Source: a virus. From it: a DNA stretch of 64,000 nucleotides. Numbering within the stretch: position 1 is the stretch's first letter; every line of letters begins with the position of its first letter. This document shows positions 57,701-63,511 of the stretch, one piece after another. The position numbers and the translations under genes are program-made. The notes beneath the pieces were generated by a model. That model was not told where the DNA came from and did not search any database. It was given only the letters and a program-made list of their open reading frames with translations. The stretch covers positions 1-64,000 of the IMG/VR virus record IMGVR_UViG_3300045988_062648; one strand, written 5' to 3'.

Positions 57701-60046
57701 GCAACTATTAAAAAGAATCTTAAAGAGATTAGTAAGATAATTGGTTTTAATGTATCTACAAATAATGGTAAGCAAGAATATTATGAGGAACTTAGTTATA
57801 AAACTGATAAAACTCCTCTAATGCCTCTTACTAATACTCTTATGTCTAAAGATAGATTTAAAGCTAAGACTATTGATGAAGCAGAGCAACAACTAGAAGG
57901 AGAACGTTCTATTGATATGCGTGATGTTATAAGACCTCAACGTGACCAATTTGAAACTGTAGAAGAATATAATCAAGCAGTTAATAGATTTGATACTGTA
58001 TCAGACCAAGTTAAAGCTCATAATAGAGAAATTCAAAAAAATCTTATGGATAGAGATTGGTATGATGTTATTGAAAACTTTATAGAACAAGCTGGTCATT
58101 ATAATGCAGTTCAAGATATTAAAGAACAACTTTATTATGGTCTTAGTATGCTTGAAAATCAACAAGCATTTATTAGAAAGTATGGTGCTTTTGGAAATCT
58201 TAAACGAGATGATAGAAGAACTACTGATAATAATCAACCTGTATATGAAACCACAGTTGACAAAGATATAGTATCACAATGGAAAACTTATATGCGTCGT
58301 GTACTATATGACCAGTGGAAAGAGCCTGAAAGTAAACTTACTGCTTTTGCTAATAATCTACAAGGTTTTACATCAGCTAACTATATGATGCTTAACATTC
58401 GTGGTGGTATAGCTAACGTAACACTTGGTGAAACAGGTATTCTTGCAGAAGCTGCTGCACATGAATATTTCCATGCTTCAGAATGGGCTGCTGGTACTGC
58501 TGAATGGTCACTTGGAGTTATGGGTTTTGTTCGTGGTATGTATAGTGAAAAAGCATATAACAAACAAGATGCTATAGCTAAGTTCTTTAAAGCTGTTGAT
58601 TATGATGAACATACTGGTGTTTCAAGACTTGTCGATTTAGCCAAATGGAGTGAGCGTATTCGTAATCTTGGATTTAGTCCTCAAACAATAGGTGAACACT
58701 TCATGCAAAATAGTGTTCTATTTGCTATGATGAAAAGTCATAAAGTAGTTCCTATGCCAAATGACCCAAAAGGTATTGGTTTTACTATTATGAACAAAGA
58801 AGAATACATACGTTATAGACAAGCTGATATACTTAATGAACTTCTTAATGATGAACAACGTGCAGAGTTTGTTCAATTTATGAAAGATATAAGTATGGAT
58901 GCAGACCTTGCAAAAGATTATGCTTGGTTTAGAAAAGAGCCTTTTAGTCAATTCTTAGTTACTCATTGTAGTAATGAACAAAGAAAAGAATTTGGTAAAC
59001 GTATAAAAGAACAACGTAAACGACTCTCAGAAGAGTTTGATAATCATAATTCTTTATATGAACAAGTTGAACTTGGAGAAGATGGTTATATGAAATTTGT
59101 TGAGGGTTCTGACTTAGCACAACTTGATGAAAAACCATATAACGATATTACACAAGCAATAGACCTTATGGGACGTTTTTCAGAACGAGTTAGAAGTGTT
59201 AATAAAAAGATACATGGTGTATATAATAGACTTGGTTCTGCTGATATAGAACGTAAATGGTATGGTAGTCTTATTATGCAATATCATAAACACTTACCTA
59301 TGGGTATTCTTAAACGTTATCGTATAAGAGGTCATTACAATGAAACTCGTGGCAGTGTTGAAAAAGGTATGATAAGTAGTGTTGCAGATTTTCTTTCACT
59401 CAATTTTGATGCAGTTAAACATGATATGGGTCTGAGTGATGATGAAGTATTTACTCTTAAAGGACTTCAAAATCTATTTACTAGTATTGGAGATTTTCTT
59501 ATTAAGATACCTACTACATGGGCTATTGTGCCAGAGTATGATAGAGCTAACATAAGACGTAATCTTGGTGACGCTGTAGGTGTACTTGCTTCTCTTTCTA
59601 CTTCTGTTGCTCTATTTGCTATTGGAGATGATGACGATGATGGTATTCTTTACAATCTCGCAATATATGAAGCTGACCGACTTGGTAGTGAAGCATTTAT
59701 GTATAATCCTATTGGAGCAATTAATGAGGGTAAAAAACTTATGTCTACTCCTATTGCTGCTCAAAGTATTATAAATGATGCTTGGAAAACTATGCAAGAA
59801 ATATGTGGGTTTATACTTGAAGGAGATGAATATGACCCATATTATAAGAATGGTAGATTTGCAGGTGAAAGTAAACTTAGTGTATTTATTCAACGTCGTA
59901 TTCCTATTTGGAATGGTATTAGAAATATAATTGATGTTAGTGAAAATAATAAGTTCTATAAAGTTGGAACTACTGGGTCAATTCTTTTTAATACTCAAGC
60001 AATGGGTAATTGGATAGCTGGAGAGGGCTATCAAGATAACGAATAA
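45797..60046 (+). CDS. giant virion protein containing RNA-polymerase-like DFDID motif (putative virion-packaged RNAP fused to cargo domains)
   Basis: Track start 45704 is TTG overlapping previous ORF; first ATG 45797 gives about 4750 aa. SDFDIDSVYG at nt 51071-51085 resembles the NADFDGD-type metal-binding loop of DPBB RNAPs; size/position typical of crAss-like vRNAP genes. Confidence 0.5.
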   Translation: MSDKSCIIKFNDSSLSKELTKRTGHNSIKFAAYEAAVIENGQFNQAFTDWYKARYKRTPNLEVKDAKTLADRVIEYYNTEVYTTARDITNQSVDAKQVLENGYNSFQDRELGKHFVAVSILRTYRDVHDLGINIRGSKRDYYTNTAKRAWNDYIFESIVARRKKDINQVKEEYDSAEDKYAYINKELGRNKTVSEVNLIAVWNELNGSADKAQRFIDEVFATNEISNIRAEIDDVETDKNINDASDANREENDLDNGEDVAKEEDATDDTISKFDHSGVYSTWLKHLNQRLVVYFNTLEVLNSPTQNDGAWDVNRNNSFGIANTMDAAACSKLIFANNGFANTDEMIYTIRRLSTTIPGFESFAKFADDLEHDADLRTEVFTTFSKAVVPKLETVIENEEVNTRISNLRANPRLATMFLAYDDMRASIGIDNTFMQSRVNAFERSLKKKSGVVENAKERLNKDIDDIIDIVRQYIPSIPANAIKTFIQKNNHADNDINAQYDNLNIIVGNLKNIIKSASATQTRYNSFITRINEAVEHNDAIKHDVSGQPHSHTEYINIADLYKEDYLDASVNGAVAAIVDNVLQYINPDVSFNSRNQDGNQNSDVINNSLVTYMRRLNSRWYMYRDEATGNATWQNDELLDWGRERLLSQQYTYSNILLEHRDEEGNILNKGLFRKGDNGELSLTEYAKDLFDIYYYNGASDLDNGTSAGYSKMNIGVYAPTTYMNYFKANVNGVSDSNFANYFLRIPSDAPKTFILRAPRYSTKNLYSVANRDEIRQAASEIVDNYDRISINDFTRDYFNEETIKVKGNNINSTEDIIANYLTDKGDMYVPTLKAVKQIPDSDEVYVAVETVGTYKNPDGTYSNHLYIIKGTLVKRGKANFLTNREYIASVSDTHDMDEKVKNIMRNYYERRLETHDVTVKGTTYNKARREINRNHTIVKILLNNFKQELLDMATTLNHYFEFNADGSIKFEAKTYRPVFKPGVKDTDGYRFYDLGKNGSVIEASKTGNISHYRLGGNVFKSNKFTVKELGDDNVLRKVNYMEDIFDDSINSTGADGRINLLYGGRESKLNIVRSDTGLVTDVQLTEAQQERAINNIVNFLNSYFTQAQEEVANFNNFVKGVPTTIDAVVDFAANQLITHYAYDDIFEGGVKFYADAQTVLKRAKEVQGSGVSYGIVDFNDSNIADLYDIPNAYLNNGKYSDYTKEQYIGEDGKRHTKEVPRTRTIQEVFAGTELAGITQRNGWRAVTIENSKNTNFAALKELTGVLVKAGMSEENAKNLLYGPVVTDKNGNPIYDKNGLEKHKGGYQDTKVNDAQSYITFKEWVRRIAARGQLKRYMPLIEKLLDPNAVLTDNDLNEFVQVQKNFYYDLHYDSSFNRFVPRQIKNAEFVLVPRFIKGTQLERVAQMMEEANIDQLNTVETSKASNRHVLTLWDNDGEISEERYQNFAKEAKGVAEIYYYKYLYTQQETPQHVNTTNKAGIQIVKKMIDNLAQDDPNKLQFFANYVANIEESWRNLLDKLDVPRDENGNILTNQDGQILGINKKVLYERFKEELYRTGINSNILDFVTLDETTNQPIAPAISNLVLDKIETTHQAIYNSKITRQKLPGFHAAQVTNIGWKRLDNGESKYCLKTNANVIISKEEFNNLDETEKKKYRNTQVQYDGSLRYHPNGEGYIEVKLTYSALGINKNDPHYIGMTNAEIIKELEEQGLDKIIGYRIPTEGKQSVAVMKVVDFIDDGLGSTIVVPNDWVSQTGSDFDIDSVYGITFDTHRGKGGKLIKAKFVDGDNYTISDWINYIKNYADRNAKGYVRPKIKQIIDAINSSEQEEFVSLRAQEDEAFKKFISAIPEQSRGKMVNRFKNEAKRIRTALDGASNKEIWSAQLEKYIQIASDLKAKLKNANTIASIDEFISSCDDILNFLNNQDGRFERKKDAALAEEEQKRIDKYNEIAKEAGLLTFDEYFDALDAAKTPEDFAKLNTRHARNNAIVQSMLNILQDVKNLEENLSRSNSDDIEASIDKCLGDNAKAERENRSQYNVFDEMRYQEEAMSGAVLKGASVFMDSVCSICNVVKPTLRGGVKVSYDTKFYNQEEITKRYGLNKNDISKGRIRVVHNQYGWSSDNRNVIGRLITPYSSETTAYILDAIKKGAMPNVNQFTFPVLKHLVNLGIDYDTAISFMANPAISTIIRNNNRFNSIYSNEFGNAIHESINEIARQLGIKVDEKTPVISVLASVQSKFGDVINKIFKVDKEDVKFSLEEEAAATLALMPDKLIARLKDNGIFGTTTPVEEKLIFDLGNILIFNRLRNQAQEIGGVATALNPDKFGAKMSLFATNQIFDKILGQIYTDSSYVEERTDPILSINGEHILKSIYPGITGDPENSIEPGVPAMLRADISKSTYPSLAAFLKYATATSSVIAKQVLLTQHPAFIRFCNGLATKFSDVVQEMDEKQYNDFQKYAISYFYNNVESIRRPIVPVKNEDGTYSYNIDNSDTPDNATISIEDAERERVFGYNRVPALSIVEKVQVTRNGKTINKTVTRPIEIENLNHPTQEELNDFAQFSPAQKVKFIKTHFDDAGVFDYIDVQLYNPTIRGWRTGMQTLEYLESNVGDNVIFNMFYEAYNNRNPLVAMAARDVIKYAIQVEGYRMRQTAAGKVISNKPLNTGYEEGGMNFFAEVAEMFSTIGTTGSAIFEQTSMDEIYERYFRSHIDNPHIKSFRLTNSSMIKFNIHTRSYDMLVMEKKYDETSDDDKIAKEFNNNCAKAGIKTYHPASNTYTTNNYLRVYRDKKVVLYKIKDLGDKVILYPLNKLQPNETTEWSANDNNNEYPNKITYEGIIHDYQKQLFNDAALQFTSGWIKESNNARKQNGENPVVYYKHRRDYSNQAATVDFNLDKLANEQGGALAQAREQIRSNFERLNAKHLYMRNAALGNYIFVPGFENASKQTITMRNGAKSTFLIAKVDTDRSRTNKRYLGNNKKENAKVIQTIDNPSLRQVYENANNIGLKQVSDLFVVSPYITDSSEDIAMASNIEENFYGMIDNIARVAHTTGEQEAVYVYDKLSKAGVNSTKQAIRNNIELAVRESARYYSHKAQELKNQVNFFIEDPTLPGQYISMNSDEVYNRLVQDQDMTKRYLRVSNEITALRNMLAPFEELNLDSEDAQLQGYIDALKKAYKIVRELPVNEINTNYARKVLAKTSTNPVITANIIDVLDNYHRNYGAMWKFHDIAESGNPFVQLLMRDIASLTEAKRMQTQRFKRNYQARIKEIQDEATRNGYTIDLNKMIDKHGYFVKSYTHQFIEDYDRLRVAKNNAAAEYGIGSIEWLKARNEYEDFKAKYINQEVKQEYYEKRNANEKYMLDNYPEIYEEYMKLHYQRIELMSYSSDHGTTQDIIDKIANVERQMFNLTRPNYYINADGQLVERPVRDPDIQYSPENERVLRLYSRDAQTTLNNYLDAQRKLNEEYYEYDSAFGFEENLEKYLNIIKDFEQRDANGVPTVPITVLENNPKYVEARNWVRENAQFVITPTDEAIKSENSIAYKLTNALNRLLIGRNGKSYAVNDIMNNANDGKGIRDERGIPDGTKLTDKERANIKKNQEDAYQINESTAGSDRILINSISKREGDTYKGEFYRSMTSDKKIDNARYLKLVTELNRKLEKYYSDIDGIIHFEQIPDTEEGIEELSEIAMLYQQIRAVKKQYKSSTSTEATEFIKENVVFVYDKNIYLSQANAVNDRSSEYTEAWMRVNLERNENGDFIQRQDGSVIPNNMIYSYAKPKGKKGETKYDKWVDNQKAEDLAIVNQYYRKVKTRYYYQAMREAMRQEEENHDGSYQKWYQDNHIYNPYTRKYEPLACWLMNEYRDELFKDNEFEGRWMPKRKQRERVVRDGNTSIIVNGVENTIYNEYNDKRNANYNPNLPLSDNYIQGSGYDNNVALNPYEVQMRDYMQSVLQSLAHVDSAKKYFSRGALPRRLKPERATIKKNLKEISKIIGFNVSTNNGKQEYYEELSYKTDKTPLMPLTNTLMSKDRFKAKTIDEAEQQLEGERSIDMRDVIRPQRDQFETVEEYNQAVNRFDTVSDQVKAHNREIQKNLMDRDWYDVIENFIEQAGHYNAVQDIKEQLYYGLSMLENQQAFIRKYGAFGNLKRDDRRTTDNNQPVYETTVDKDIVSQWKTYMRRVLYDQWKEPESKLTAFANNLQGFTSANYMMLNIRGGIANVTLGETGILAEAAAHEYFHASEWAAGTAEWSLGVMGFVRGMYSEKAYNKQDAIAKFFKAVDYDEHTGVSRLVDLAKWSERIRNLGFSPQTIGEHFMQNSVLFAMMKSHKVVPMPNDPKGIGFTIMNKEEYIRYRQADILNELLNDEQRAEFVQFMKDISMDADLAKDYAWFRKEPFSQFLVTHCSNEQRKEFGKRIKEQRKRLSEEFDNHNSLYEQVELGEDGYMKFVEGSDLAQLDEKPYNDITQAIDLMGRFSERVRSVNKKIHGVYNRLGSADIERKWYGSLIMQYHKHLPMGILKRYRIRGHYNETRGSVEKGMISSVADFLSLNFDAVKHDMGLSDDEVFTLKGLQNLFTSIGDFLIKIPTTWAIVPEYDRANIRRNLGDAVGVLASLSTSVALFAIGDDDDDGILYNLAIYEADRLGSEAFMYNPIGAINEGKKLMSTPIAAQSIINDAWKTMQEICGFILEGDEYDPYYKNGRFAGESKLSVFIQRRIPIWNGIRNIIDVSENNKFYKVGTTGSILFNTQAMGNWIAGEGYQDNE
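48981..49010 (+). repeat. dispersed motif copy (forward, subtype B): accttctctacggggggcgagagtccaaac
   Basis: inside giant CDS (LLYGGRES); one substitution in core (ttctctacg). Confidence 0.7.
52642..52670 (-). repeat. dispersed motif copy (reverse): tggcactacaacccccgtagaagagaagt
   Basis: inside giant CDS (GTTTPVEEKL). Confidence 0.75.
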
Positions 60047-60073
60047 GTTGGGATATACAACCCCCGTAGAAGA
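60043..60073 (-). repeat. dispersed motif copy (reverse, extended): aagttgggatatacaacccccgtagaagagg
   Basis: starts inside stop codon of giant ORF; reverse complement cctcttctacgggggttgtatatcccaactt is the full subtype A consensus. Confidence 0.8.
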
Positions 60074-60291
60074 GGTGATGGTAGAAGTTGTAATACTCTA
60101 CTATTCACCTCTTTCTCTTTCTTAACATAATTTTGTAATTCTGTTTAATGCTGAAACAAGTAATATTACTATATTTGTAATACCGCTTATGCTACATATA
60201 TAATATGACTTGCATTTGTTCCTGATGCAGGTGGAGGACGAAAAGGAGCAGGAGTTCAAGCTAGCTCTCCTTCATCAAAAGTTAGCTACAA

Positions 60292-60362
60292 TGGAGCATG
60301 GTGTAATGGTAGCACCACAGGTTTTGGTTCTGTTAGTAGAGGTTCGAGTCCTCTTGTTCCAA
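60292..60362 (+). tRNA. tRNA-Gln (anticodon TTG)
   Basis: Folded by hand: acceptor TGGAGCA/TGTTCCA (one G-T), D-arm GTGT-aatggta-GCAC with GG, anticodon arm ACAGG-ttTTGgt-TCTGT (U33, anticodon TTG, G37), T-arm AGAGG-TTCGAGT-CCTCT, discriminator A; GC-rich island in AT-rich DNA. Confidence 0.75.
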
Positions 60363-60466
60363 CAACGATTTTGTTTATTTGTTGATTGCTGTAAATGATA
60401 ATGTTTAAAGGGTTACTTGAAACTTTCTTTTAAAAGTTGAATAAAGTGTTTTTGAAAGTAATTCGA

Positions 60467-60496
60467 TAGCTCGGCTAGTGATAGTCGAGCTATTTT
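60467..60496 (+). terminator. intrinsic terminator-like hairpin TAGCTCG-(12 nt)-CGAGCTA followed by TTTTT
   Basis: 7-bp GC-containing stem plus T-tract about 100 nt downstream of tRNA, at point where + and - strand gene blocks converge. Confidence 0.45.
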
Positions 60497-60546
60497 TGTA
60501 TGTATTAAACAAGATGAAATAAACTACCATATTTTAAATTCCTCTA

Positions 60547-60612
60547 CAATCGTTTTAATTTTGCAAGCTGATTAATTTATCAGCTAAGATATTAGAACTC
60601 AACAGAGCCAAA
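60547..60612 (+). repeat. conserved intergenic element copy B (CAATCGTTTTAA...AGCTGATTAATTTATCAGCT...CAACAGAGCCAAA)
   Basis: about 80% identity to copy A at 9043-9120 including perfect 7-bp hairpin AGCTGAT-taattt-ATCAGCT. Confidence 0.6.
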
Positions 60613-60627
60613 GGAAAGTGGCAAATT

Positions 60628-60864
60628 TCAAATGTCCGTACCATACCAACCCGATGCGTTTGCCTGCACGGTGTCCGTTTCATAAACTCTATCATTATTA
60701 GCTTTACTTCGTGTATAATCATGTCTATTAACACTGCCAAGTAAAAATCCAATAACAATACCAATACATAAAAAGTACATATACTTCGTTATTTGTTTCT
60801 TTTGTTGCTTTTCCATATTATTTATATATAATAAAAATGCTAAGACTTTCACAAGCCCTAGCAT
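60628..60864 (-). CDS. small membrane protein
   Basis: 78 aa, ATG start, hydrophobic helix YFLCIGIVIGFLLGSV; first gene of convergent minus-strand block. Confidence 0.3.
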   Translation of the reverse strand: MLGLVKVLAFLLYINNMEKQQKKQITKYMYFLCIGIVIGFLLGSVNRHDYTRSKANNDRVYETDTVQANASGWYGTDI

Positions 60865-60897
60865 TACTCGATTTTTATTATGACTGAAAAGAAGAAA

Positions 60898-61194
60898 TTA
60901 CTTCATATATAAATCTATCCAACGTACAATAACTGGCGCAGGATAACTCCCAACACATTTAAATCTAATATCATCATTAATCATAAAAAGAGTTATAGGA
61001 TAATCTTTAGCATTAATTTTGCGAAGTAATGATCTATCAATTCTTCTATAATCTTCAAGTTCTTTGGTAATATTAAATTTAGATTTAACTGTCTTAATTG
61101 CTTCTCCAACATTTTTACTTTGAATAGTACAACCAAGACAACCAGGAGTAGTTATTATCAATATTTTTCTGTCAACACTCATGTTCTTGTTCAT
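60898..61194 (-). CDS. thioredoxin/glutaredoxin-like protein
   Basis: Track start 61278 is TTG; ATG at 61194 or 61182 gives about 95 aa with TTPGCLGC (CxxC redox motif after a beta-strand). Confidence 0.4.
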   Translation of the reverse strand: MNKNMSVDRKILIITTPGCLGCTIQSKNVGEAIKTVKSKFNITKELEDYRRIDRSLLRKINAKDYPITLFMINDDIRFKCVGSYPAPVIVRWIDLYMK

Positions 61195-61483
61195 TTTGCA
61201 GTTGACCTTGAGGTTCATTATCATTAGCAGGCAACACAATTCTATCAACTGCTTCACGATAATAACCATCTTCGTCAATTGTTACTCCCATATTTTCAAG
61301 AATACACTCAAGAGCTTCTGCTGCTTTCTTATAAGAAGCAAGTAGAATAGCAAGATTGGCATAAGTTACATGACTACGAGTAGAATCTTTTGGATTCCAA
61401 TTAGAAATAGTGTTTTCAAGTTTACTAATACGAATAACTATTTCTTTATGTTCAGTTATTCCAGCTTTAACAAATTTGTCCAT
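61172..61483 (-). CDS. hypothetical protein
   Basis: 103-aa ORF, ATG start. Confidence 0.35.
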   Translation of the reverse strand: MDKFVKAGITEHKEIVIRISKLENTISNWNPKDSTRSHVTYANLAILLASYKKAAEALECILENMGVTIDEDGYYREAVDRIVLPANDNEPQGQLQNEQEHEC

Positions 61484-61507
61484 ATATTTATTATTTAAAT
61501 TATTAAT

Positions 61508-61789
61508 TTATTTACCTGTTGATTGAAAACCTCCATCTCCACTTTCTGTTTCGCTAAGATCTTCTTTAAGAGTATTAGAATATAAAAGTTCTTTTTCATA
61601 ATTAATGCGAGTATTAAGAATAATAAGATAATTAATCATAGCTTTATGTTGTTTTATAAGAAGTTCTTTTTGATAACCATTAAGTGTAGTAAATTTTTCT
61701 CCAGTAATAAATTTAATACATTTATCTACTTTATCATAGAGTTCTTCTTTTTCTATAATCATTCTTTTTATATAATCAGGCATTTCCAT
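61508..61789 (-). CDS. small protein ending in a dUTPase motif-V-like tail (GDGGFQSTGK)
   Basis: 93 aa; C-terminus resembles RGxGGFGSTG arm of trimeric dUTPases but protein lacks motifs I-IV. Confidence 0.35.
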   Translation of the reverse strand: MEMPDYIKRMIIEKEELYDKVDKCIKFITGEKFTTLNGYQKELLIKQHKAMINYLIILNTRINYEKELLYSNTLKEDLSETESGDGGFQSTGK

Positions 61790-61840
61790 AGTTTAATCTT
61801 CTTTTTTTTATTTTAATTTCAATTCGTTATTTTATAGTTT

Positions 61841-62212
61841 TTAATCAATATTTGCACCTTTAGGATTAGGACATTTGGGGAAGTCATCATCATTATAATA
61901 AAAAGTTTTAAGACCATAATTAGCAGCAGCTTCATGCTCTACATGACAACCACGAGCTTTTTCCCAACCTTTACAGAAATAAACTGCATCACAAGTAGAC
62001 ATTTTAGCAAGAGACTGAGCAAGAAAATAAAGAGGAATATTTTGGACTCCAATATTTCTAAGACTCTCAGGCTTATCGAAATCATCACCAAAATAAGTAT
62101 TAACTATTTCATATCCTTTTTCTTTAAGGACTTTAACAGCTTTATCTTTTTCAGCTAAGATAGTAGCTTCACCTTTACCAGCCATAGGCTGACTAATCAT
62201 TGCTTTCTTCAT
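61841..62212 (-). CDS. DUF4406-like / nucleoside 2-deoxyribosyltransferase-like protein
   Basis: 123 aa starting MKKAMISQPMAGKGEA... with Rossmann-like N-terminus typical of phage DUF4406 proteins; weak, from memory of family hallmark. Confidence 0.3.
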   Translation of the reverse strand: MKKAMISQPMAGKGEATILAEKDKAVKVLKEKGYEIVNTYFGDDFDKPESLRNIGVQNIPLYFLAQSLAKMSTCDAVYFCKGWEKARGCHVEHEAAANYGLKTFYYNDDDFPKCPNPKGANID

Positions 62213-62215
62213 AAT

Positions 62216-62431
62216 TTAATCCTTTCTAAGTTTAAAATAATTCATAAAATCGTCAATAAGACGAACGAAACGAGTAACTTCATTGTCATTTTCAGAAACA
62301 TAACAAATACAGTTTTTCCAATCGCCATTTATTTTAACTCTTGCAAAAGTGTCAGTAATAACATATTTACTATCTTTGTATGTAATATGCTCAACTTTAG
62401 CACCAATTTTAATATCTTCAAGTTTAATCAT
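62216..62431 (-). CDS. hypothetical small protein
   Basis: 71-aa ORF, ATG start. Confidence 0.3.
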   Translation of the reverse strand: MIKLEDIKIGAKVEHITYKDSKYVITDTFARVKINGDWKNCICYVSENDNEVTRFVRLIDDFMNYFKLRKD

Positions 62432-62437
62432 AGTACA

Positions 62438-62989
62438 TTATTTTTCTGTCGAACCAAAACCGCCTTCTCCACGGTCAGTAGCTCCAAGTGTATCTTGTGT
62501 TTCAACTTCATCCCAAACAATACGTTCACGGCGACGAACAAGTATTTGAGCGACTCTGTCTCCAACACTATATTCAGCACAAGAACTTGTTGGGTCATCT
62601 ATTTGACGATGAACAAGCATAAGTTCTCCACGATAACCTCCATCAAGGGTCCCTGGGGCATTCTGCATAACAGCAAGAGTTTTAGTATTACTACTACGAG
62701 GACGAATTTCCATTTCGTAATCTTTAGGAAGAGCAAAATGAAGTCCAGTATGATAAACTACTCGACCATCATCTTTATACTCTATTGAATGAACATAAAC
62801 ATCCATACAAGCATCACCAGGTTTGGCATAAGTAGGAAGTTTAACTGTTTCATCTTCACGCCAAACTTTAACGTAACAGGTATCAAGTTGACTAAGTACA
62901 TCTTTTACCATGTACTCCAAATCATCTCCACGTCCATTTTGTACAGCTAGTGTTATAGCACTAGTTAAAACATCTACAATTTTACTCAT
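62438..62989 (-). CDS. dut: dUTP diphosphatase (trimeric dUTPase)
   Basis: 183 aa with dUTPase motifs: GDACMDV, RPRSS, GTLDGGYRGEL, GDRVAQ and C-terminal RGEGGFGSTEK (motif V). Confidence 0.6.
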   Translation of the reverse strand: MSKIVDVLTSAITLAVQNGRGDDLEYMVKDVLSQLDTCYVKVWREDETVKLPTYAKPGDACMDVYVHSIEYKDDGRVVYHTGLHFALPKDYEMEIRPRSSNTKTLAVMQNAPGTLDGGYRGELMLVHRQIDDPTSSCAEYSVGDRVAQILVRRRERIVWDEVETQDTLGATDRGEGGFGSTEK

Positions 62990-63488
62990 TTCTTTTAAGT
63001 TTTAATTTACGTAAATTATTTAAATATTCAATACGATTTTTATTTTCTTGTTCTAACTTATATTTACGTTCTTCTTCTTTTCTTTCTTTATCTTTTTTAA
63101 TTATAGTATCTATATTACCTTTAAAAGATTGGTCAACAGGAACTTTATAAGTATCTTTATCTATTATTTGAATAAAGTTTTTTTCAACTAAACTTTTAAT
63201 AGCTTTACTTATAGTTCCTTTATCAAGAGTAAGAACTTCCTCAAAAGTATTACGTTCTATTTTAACAACATTAGTATTTTTCTTTAGACAATCAAGTATG
63301 TAAAAATATACAAGTTGTGTAGATCTATTACAATAAGCAATATCGTAAAGTCTATCTATTTTGACTCGTACACTTTCATTTAAATACTTACAAGGTCTAT
63401 TAATTACTTCACCTTTGTTATTATATTCAGGAACTGTCATTTCATCTATATTAAGAAGTTCTTGTTCATCAATAATAATTTCATTCAT
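62982..63488 (-). CDS. winged-helix DNA-binding regulator-like protein
   Basis: Track start 63602 is TTG; ATG at 63488 (MNEIIIDEQ...). Segment TLDKGTISKAIKSLVEKNFI resembles HTH recognition helix; Lys/Glu-rich helical C-terminus; iteron-like repeats upstream. Confidence 0.35.
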   Translation of the reverse strand: MNEIIIDEQELLNIDEMTVPEYNNKGEVINRPCKYLNESVRVKIDRLYDIAYCNRSTQLVYFYILDCLKKNTNVVKIERNTFEEVLTLDKGTISKAIKSLVEKNFIQIIDKDTYKVPVDQSFKGNIDTIIKKDKERKEEERKYKLEQENKNRIEYLNNLRKLKLKRNE

Positions 63489-63511
63489 AACTAGCTTTAG
63501 ACCGTTGACTA

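Noticed and set aside
344-59893. Numerous 60-220-aa minus-strand ORFs inside the large + strand genes (e.g. 6659-7147, 23483-24103, 29836-30492, 55364-56035)
   Set aside because: AT-rich DNA has few stop codons in antisense frames. The products are Ile/Phe/Ser/Asn low-complexity, and the + strand genes are contiguous and tightly packed.
60200-60290. Possible second tRNA just upstream of tRNA-Gln (GGAGTTCAAGC T-loop-like segment)
   Set aside because: No closing T-stem, acceptor stem or anticodon arm could be formed. Probably just GC-rich leader sequence.
60210-60398. 62-aa + strand ORF from the six-frame track
   Set aside because: Overlaps the hand-folded tRNA-Gln (60292-60362). Its coding potential is an artefact of the GC-rich tRNA sequence.
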